A stretch of 20,000 bases of DNA, taken from sequence record SRR20825010_2442; one strand, written 5' to 3'. The first letter of the stretch is position 1. Each line of letters starts with the position of its first letter. The position numbers and the translations under genes were made by a program. Shown here one piece after another: positions 14,742-20,000 of the stretch. The notes under the pieces are model-generated. The model did no database searches. It was not told where the DNA came from and saw nothing but the letters and a program-made list of their open reading frames with translations.

Positions 14742-16049
14742 TCAGTTTTTCCGGACCATGTATTCCACCGGCCAGGTCACGAGCTCCGGGAAAAGAGCGA
14801 TGATCAGGATGCCGAGCAGCATCAGGAAGAAGAACGGTACAGAGGCCTTCGTTACCTGAATGAGATCGCGTCCCGTCATGCCTTGCAGCACGAACAGGTT
14901 GAAGCCGACAGGCGGGGTGATCTGCGCCATCTCGACCACGATCACGGTGAAGATGCCGAACCAGATCAGGTCGATCCCGGCACTTTCCACCATCGGCAGG
15001 ACCACGGCGGCGGTCAGCACCATCATCGAGACACCGTCCAGGAAACATCCGAGGAAGATGTAGAGCACGGTCAGCAGCACCAGCAGCATACCGGGCGACA
15101 GGTTCCAGGCATCGACATATCCGGCCAGCACACGCGGCACGCCGGTGAAGCCCATGGCGATGGAAAGGAAGGCTGCCCCGGCCAGAATGAAGGCAATCAT
15201 ACAGGACGTGCGGACGGCGCCCATCAGGCTGTCCATGAAGGACGCCCAGTTCAGCGTCTTCGACCACCAGGCCAGCCCCAGTGCACCCAGTACGCCGATG
15301 GTCGCCGCTTCCGTCGGCGTGGCGAAGCCGCCATAGATCGAGCCGATGACGCAGAAGATCAGCAGCACCACGGGGAACAGCAGGCGCGATGCCTTCACCT
15401 TCTCAAGGAAGCTGAGACGCTCTTCCTGACGCGGGGCCAGTTCCGGATTCAGCAGCGCCCGGATGGCGACATAGGCCATGAAGATCGAGATGATCAGGAT
15501 ACCCGGCACCACGCCGGCGATGAACATCCGGGAAATTGATTGCTGGGCGATGACGCCATAGACGATCAGCATGATCGAGGGCGGGATCAGCAGGCCGAGC
15601 GTGCCCGATCCGGCCAGCGTGCCGATGGACAGCTTGTCGTCATAGCCGCGCTTCTTCAGCTCCGGGATGCTCATCCGGCCAACCGTCGCGCAGGTCACTG
15701 CACTGGAGCCGGCGACAGCGGCCATGACGCCGCAACCGACGATATTGACGTGCAGCAAGCCGCCCGGCAGCCGGGCCAACCACGGGGCGAGGCCGTTGAA
15801 CATGTCCGAAGAGAGCCGGGTCCGGAACAGGATCTCGCCCATCCAGACGAAAAGCGGCAACGCTGTCAGCGCCCAGTTCCAGCTCGATTCCCAGACCGCC
15901 CCCGCAAGCAGGGAGCCGGCCGGAGCCGGGGAGAAGAATTCGAGTGCGAAATAACCGACCGCAAGCAAGGCGGGCGCGACCCAGATGCCCGAGGCCAGCA
16001 GGCCAAGCATCAGGATGAAAAGAATGGCAGAGATCGTTCCTGCGTCCAT
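14742..16049 (-). CDS. dctM: TRAP transporter large permease
   Basis: Motifs ALPLFVWMGEIL, RLPGGL, GSS, GTLGLLIPPSI, G.ATPTEAA and ITPPVGFNLFV; very hydrophobic. Confidence 0.95.
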   Translation of the reverse strand: MDAGTISAILFILMLGLLASGIWVAPALLAVGYFALEFFSPAPAGSLLAGAVWESSWNWALTALPLFVWMGEILFRTRLSSDMFNGLAPWLARLPGGLLHVNIVGCGVMAAVAGSSAVTCATVGRMSIPELKKRGYDDKLSIGTLAGSGTLGLLIPPSIMLIVYGVIAQQSISRMFIAGVVPGILIISIFMAYVAIRALLNPELAPRQEERLSFLEKVKASRLLFPVVLLIFCVIGSIYGGFATPTEAATIGVLGALGLAWWSKTLNWASFMDSLMGAVRTSCMIAFILAGAAFLSIAMGFTGVPRVLAGYVDAWNLSPGMLLVLLTVLYIFLGCFLDGVSMMVLTAAVVLPMVESAGIDLIWFGIFTVIVVEMAQITPPVGFNLFVLQGMTGRDLIQVTKASVPFFFLMLLGILIIALFPELVTWPVEYMVRKN

Positions 16050-16573
16050 CAGTCGTCCTCCCCCGAGAACAGAGCGGTCGAGTTCTCGACATAGCTCGGC
16101 GTCTGGCCGCGCAGAATGCCGATGAATTCATCCACCAGAGCGATTGTCAGGATCAGCAAACCGAGCCCCATGGCCGATTGCGGAATCCATAGCGGGATGG
16201 CCAGCAGGCCCTTGCTCATATCGCCGAAGATGTAAGAAAAATAAATCAGATCACTGGCCCAGTAGGTCATGTAGCCCATGGCCAGGGCGCAGAAACCAAC
16301 CCCCCAGAGCTCGGTCAGTTTCGACATCGGTCCCTTCGCCAGACGGATCAGCAGGGTGACCCGGATATGGCCGTCATACCGAAAGGTATAGGCCAGCCCG
16401 AAGAAGGTCGACGCGGCCAGGCAGAAGCCGGCGCTTTCGGTCGAATCGATGGCGACCCCGAAAAACCGCCCGATGATCTGGGCCACGATGGAGAGGGCAA
16501 TCGAGACAAGGAAGAAAGCCGCGAGATAGCCGCTCCACAGATAAAGCCTGTCCAGTAGTCGTCGTACCGCCAT
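16049..16573 (-). CDS. dctQ: TRAP transporter small permease
   Basis: Four TM segments with motifs GHIRVTLL and PLWIPQ. Start is ATG 16573 with SD AAGAGG. It has a TGATG overlap with dctM. Confidence 0.92.
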   Translation of the reverse strand: MAVRRLLDRLYLWSGYLAAFFLVSIALSIVAQIIGRFFGVAIDSTESAGFCLAASTFFGLAYTFRYDGHIRVTLLIRLAKGPMSKLTELWGVGFCALAMGYMTYWASDLIYFSYIFGDMSKGLLAIPLWIPQSAMGLGLLILTIALVDEFIGILRGQTPSYVENSTALFSGEDD

Positions 16574-16620
16574 TGAATGCCTCTTGGGGGGAATGTCTCT
16601 CGGGGTTCGGTCAGGGGCCG

Positions 16621-16658
16621 AAAAAGGCAACGGCCGCCCCCAATGGAGGCGGCCGCCG
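16621..16658 (-). terminator. intercistronic hairpin (terminator or mRNA stabiliser) after dctP
   Basis: Minus strand GGCGGCCGCCUCC-AUU-GGGGGCGGCCGUU followed by GCCUUUUU. Confidence 0.65.
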
Positions 16659-16665
16659 GTATTGC

Positions 16666-17646
16666 TTATTGCAGAGCGAGATAGCGATCGAGAATCGCGA
16701 TCGCTTCCGGGCTTGCGCCTTCGCGCCAGCCTTTCATCATCTCAAGACCGATGTCCTTCATCTTGGCGGTGACTTCTTCCGGCGCCTTACCGGCAGACAT
16801 GCCGTTATCCGTCAGTGTCTTGATCTGGGCGGCGGTGGTTTCCGCGCTCATTTCCCAGGCCCGCAGCTCGGCTTTCTCGGCAGCGGCGAGGATGCCTGCC
16901 TGATCTTCAGCGGGCAGGGCGGCGAAATATTTCTCGCTCACGATGACGGCGTTCTTGGAGAAGATCGCACCGGCATAGGTGAAGTTGGAGGTGTTGTCCC
17001 ATGCCTGGATGTCGATACCGGTCTGCGGCGAGGTGAACAGTGCCTCGATCAGGCCGGTGGAGAAGGCCTGCGGGATTTCGGCGAACGGCAGGATGGTGGC
17101 ATCGAAGCCGAGCATTTCACCCATCTTCTGGGTTGCCGTGGAATAGATCCGCAGCTTCTTGCCCGCGAAATCCTCAACCTTGGTCACCGGGAACTTCGTA
17201 TAGAAGCCCTGGCCCGGCCACGGTTGATAGAACAGCACCCGCATGCCGGCCTTCTTGAAGATGGCGTCGAAATATTCTTTCTGCAGATCCTTCAGCAGCC
17301 ACGCATCGGCATAATCCGACGCGATGAACGGCAGACCGGCGAGAACATACATCGGGTCCTCGTTGCCATAGACGCCGAGGCGGATTTCACCGATCGGAAT
17401 CTGGCCGCGCTGCACGGCGGTCTTGATCGCATCCAGCTTGATCAGGCTGTCATTGGAATTCAGCTGGATGTCGACCGAGGTATTGGCCTTCACGTCCTCG
17501 ACGAACAGCTTCACGTTCTTGGTCAGGAAATTGCTGTCCGGATAGCCGGACGCCATGATCCATTCCACCGCCTGGGCGCTGCCCGCAGTCGCCAGCATTC
17601 CGGCGCCAATCGCGGCGGAAGCCAACAGTGTCTTCATTTTACCCAT
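16666..17646 (-). CDS. dctP: TRAP transporter substrate-binding protein
   Basis: ATG 17646 with SD AGGAG, signal peptide ending AQA, and motifs LPF, DF.GKKLR (conserved carboxylate-binding Arg) and EIPQA..TG.I. Confidence 0.93.
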   Translation of the reverse strand: MGKMKTLLASAAIGAGMLATAGSAQAVEWIMASGYPDSNFLTKNVKLFVEDVKANTSVDIQLNSNDSLIKLDAIKTAVQRGQIPIGEIRLGVYGNEDPMYVLAGLPFIASDYADAWLLKDLQKEYFDAIFKKAGMRVLFYQPWPGQGFYTKFPVTKVEDFAGKKLRIYSTATQKMGEMLGFDATILPFAEIPQAFSTGLIEALFTSPQTGIDIQAWDNTSNFTYAGAIFSKNAVIVSEKYFAALPAEDQAGILAAAEKAELRAWEMSAETTAAQIKTLTDNGMSAGKAPEEVTAKMKDIGLEMMKGWREGASPEAIAILDRYLALQ

Positions 17647-17861
17647 TTGCCACTCCTGTTCGTGTGTTCTTGATTTCAGACGACAGAACATCGCCCGTGA
17701 AGGAAGAAAGCGCTTAGCGAGCCAGCTCCCCGGGAGAGGCCACGCAATTCTGCGCCTGCCCCAAGCTTGCAAGAAGGAGTCCAGATCGGACGCCAACTTT
17801 ATTGTTTTTATTCAGACGGTTCAGGTTTCTTGCCCCTGTCTCCATCCGCTATTTTGCTTAG

Positions 17862-17884
17862 TTTCTATGCAACCAGCATACAAA
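17862..17884. promoter_or_regulatory. candidate operator upstream of dctP
   Basis: Inverted repeat TTT-C-TATGC-AACCA-GCATA-C-AAA in AT-rich intergenic DNA. Confidence 0.4.
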
Positions 17885-17921
17885 TATGATCGCTAACAGG
17901 GCAGGCTTTTTGTTACCCGGC

Positions 17922-18830
17922 TTACCTTCCCTGCCATTCAGGCAACCCGGTGCGTGCCCGCCAGTGGTGCGCAATCTCGTCCCGCCGGGCAATCCAGACG
18001 CCATCCAATCCACTCAAATGCTTCAGCACCGTGTCCAGCCCGCCGATCCGGCCCGGACGGCCGATGATCCTGAGATGCAGGCCGATGGTCATCATTTTCG
18101 GCGCCGTGGCGCCTTCCGCCCAGAGCCAGTCGATCGCATCGATGCAGTATTTCGCGAAATCGTCCCCATAGGTAAAACCGCCACCGCGCTGAAACCGCAT
18201 GTCGTTGGTATCAAAGGCATAGGGCAGGACAACATGAGGATGCCCGCCAACTTCTCGCACGAAAGGCAGATCGTCGTTATAGGCATCGCTGTCGTACAGA
18301 AAGCCGCCCTCCTCGACCAGCAGGCGGCGGGTGTTCGGACTGGGGGCTGACCGGGTGTGCCAGCCGACCGGGCGGACGCCTGCAGCGGTCTCGATCTCGG
18401 TCACGCAACGGGCGATGATTTCCCGCTCCTGCTGCTCGCTCATCCCGGCATGGCGTTCCCAGAGATAGGAATGACAGCCAATCTCGTGACCGCGCTCCAC
18501 CATGTCCCGTGCCATCCAGGGAGAAAGCGTCAGCGCCCGGGCGCAGCAGTTCATGTAGGCCTTCATGCCGTAGCGGTCGAGCAGCTCCATGATGCGCCAG
18601 TAACCGGCGCGGGTGCCATACTCGAAATGGGTATCCTTGCAGGGATCGGGTGCGCCCTCGACTTCCTCGACAATCTCGTAGACCGGCTCATTCCGCTCGT
18701 CGCCAAGGCTGACGGAATATTCCGCCCCCTCCTCGACATTCACGACCAGCGAGACCGCAAGCCGCGCGCCGCCGGGCCACTCGGGGCTCGGAGGATTTTT
18801 GCCGTAGCCAAGAAAATCGCGCCCGCTCAC
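17922..18830 (-). CDS. polysaccharide deacetylase-fold protein, PuuE (allantoinase)-like
   Basis: Motifs RDFLGYG..PP...WPGGARLAVSLVVNVEEG, EYG.RAG.WR, HEIGCH...W, YDSD.Y.DDLP, PY..DTND and MMTIGLH.RIIGRPGR. Start is GTG 18830 with SD GAGG. Confidence 0.88.
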   Translation of the reverse strand: MSGRDFLGYGKNPPSPEWPGGARLAVSLVVNVEEGAEYSVSLGDERNEPVYEIVEEVEGAPDPCKDTHFEYGTRAGYWRIMELLDRYGMKAYMNCCARALTLSPWMARDMVERGHEIGCHSYLWERHAGMSEQQEREIIARCVTEIETAAGVRPVGWHTRSAPSPNTRRLLVEEGGFLYDSDAYNDDLPFVREVGGHPHVVLPYAFDTNDMRFQRGGGFTYGDDFAKYCIDAIDWLWAEGATAPKMMTIGLHLRIIGRPGRIGGLDTVLKHLSGLDGVWIARRDEIAHHWRARTGLPEWQGR

Positions 18831-18831
18831 G

Positions 18832-19500
18832 TCACACATCCTCGCCCAGAATGAGCTTCCGCAGCCGCCGGGCGGCCGCCGGGACCGGGCCGACGATCGG
18901 GCAGGGCGGGTTACTGGCGGCAAGCGTCTTCGCCGCATCGGCCAGCGGACCGCCGCCGATCACCACCGCGTCTACATCGCCGCGCGCCACCGCCTCGTCG
19001 ATCATTTCGCGCAGGGTTTCGACCAGGGCATCCGGCTCATTCATCAGCACGTAGATATCTGTCGTCGTGGTCAACAATGCGGACATCTTGTCCCGGACGC
19101 CATAGCGCACGGAGAGCGCGGTGATCGCATCGAACAGGTCCGGCGTCGGCGCCACGATGGCGAAATTGCCGTATGTCGCCGCTTCCAGCATGCCGCTTTC
19201 GGCGATACCGGCCACCGGCACCGGCAGCTTGGCTTTCAGTTCCTGCAGGGCCGGATCGCCGAAGGCGGCGACCATCACCCCGTCCAGAGGATCACGCCCC
19301 TTGTCGAAGGCTTCCACCATCAGGTCCGTCGCCAGCTTCAGCCCGGCATCGTCGGTGATGATCGGCGGCGCGCCGACATTGGTCATCTCCTCCACGTACC
19401 AGCGCGGGCCCAGCACCTCGCGGGCGGCGACGGCCATGCGTTCGGTCACGCTCACCGTGGCATTCGGATTGATCAGGAGAAGCTTGTGGTCATGGGTCAT
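18832..19500 (-). CDS. Asp/Glu/hydantoin racemase family protein lacking the catalytic cysteines
   Basis: Motifs LLINPN...T..M, AAFGDP.L, PV.GIAE, F.IV and DAVVIGGGPLA. Confidence 0.85.
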   Translation of the reverse strand: MTHDHKLLLINPNATVSVTERMAVAAREVLGPRWYVEEMTNVGAPPIITDDAGLKLATDLMVEAFDKGRDPLDGVMVAAFGDPALQELKAKLPVPVAGIAESGMLEAATYGNFAIVAPTPDLFDAITALSVRYGVRDKMSALLTTTTDIYVLMNEPDALVETLREMIDEAVARGDVDAVVIGGGPLADAAKTLAASNPPCPIVGPVPAAARRLRKLILGEDV

Positions 19501-19543
19501 GTGTTATCTCGGAGTTTGGAAAAAACATTAGCGGAAAGCTGTC

Positions 19544-20000
19544 CTAGTCTTCCCGTGCGAGGGCGGGATCGATGCGCTTCGCCTCTTCCGGCGTGACGCA
19601 GCCTTTTGTGCCGGTGATCAGCTTGTAGCTGTCCGGCTCCCGGTGCCGTTCGAAAGCGAACACGCTTTCCCGGTAGGAGCGGCAGAGATCGAGATCGCAA
19701 TCGGCGGTGATCACCTCATCCCCCTCGCCCGTCACCACGGCAATGGTCTCCCCGGTCGGGGCGATGATCTGGGTGCCGCCCATATGATGCACGCCCTCTT
19801 CCATCCCGGCCTTGGAGACGCCGACGACGAAACAGGCATTCTGATAGGCACCTGATTGCATCACCAATGTGTTGTGATGCCAGGAAAGCCGGTCATGTTC
19901 CGGTGCCGGGGGATTATGGATCGGTGTGTTGAAGCCGAGCAGCACCATCTCGGCGCCCTGCAAGCCCATGACCCGGTAGGTCTCCGGCCAGCGCCGGTCA
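19544..20000 (-). CDS. N-carbamoyl-D-amino acid amidohydrolase (D-carbamoylase, nitrilase superfamily); 5' end outside the window
   Basis: The frame is open to the window edge and reads DRRWPETYRVMGLQGAEMVLLGFNTP...HN.LVMQSGAYQN...V.KAG.EEG...IIAPTGE...HR.P..Y. Confidence 0.9.
   Translation of the reverse strand, partial: DRRWPETYRVMGLQGAEMVLLGFNTPIHNPPAPEHDRLSWHHNTLVMQSGAYQNACFVVGVSKAGMEEGVHHMGGTQIIAPTGETIAVVTGEGDEVITADCDLDLCRSYRESVFAFERHREPDSYKLITGTKGCVTPEEAKRIDPALARED

Noticed and set aside
17735-17800. Sigma54-like -24/-12 motifs upstream of dctP
   Set aside because: One candidate has GG-N9-GC and the other GG-N10-GG; neither fits the strict GG-N10-GC.
9462-18938. Longer ORF-track starts for exbD (9488, 10050), dctQ (16630), dctP (17796) and the PuuE-like gene (18938)
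   Set aside because: The extensions overlap neighbouring genes or hairpins and lack an SD. The downstream starts have SDs and family-typical N-termini.

Overview
High-GC alphaproteobacterial chromosomal window; almost every gene is on the minus strand. Left to right it contains: (1) the 5' part of a family-5 (Dpp/Opp-type) ABC substrate-binding protein gene, which the ORF track missed; (2) a complete ~9.7 kb heme-uptake locus, transcribed right to left as [Fur-type box] 4-Cys secreted hypothetical, exbB, exbD, exbD', tonB, [Fur-type box] hmuP, TonB-dependent receptor, hmuS, hmuT, hmuU, hmuV, IsdG/HmuQ-type heme monooxygenase, terminator; (3) a 3-hydroxybenzoate/gentisate catabolic operon (6-hydroxylase, gentisate 1,2-dioxygenase, MDMPI-family isomerase) with a divergent MarR regulator; (4) a TRAP transporter, dctPQM; (5) the end of a cyclic-amide/hydantoin cluster (D-carbamoylase, racemase-fold protein, PuuE-like deacetylase-fold protein). 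I found no mobile elements, RNA genes or CRISPR arrays. The best leads are an uncharacterised periplasmic 4-Cys protein heading a Ton motor operon with an Asp/Asn ExbD pair, a candidate two-state RNA switch between hmuP and the receptor, a heme-locus receptor lacking both canonical His ligands, a racemase-fold protein lacking both catalytic cysteines, and a degenerate actinobacterial-type maleylpyruvate isomerase with no fumarylpyruvate hydrolase beside it. All family calls come from motif recognition and recalled reference sequences; no database searches were run.
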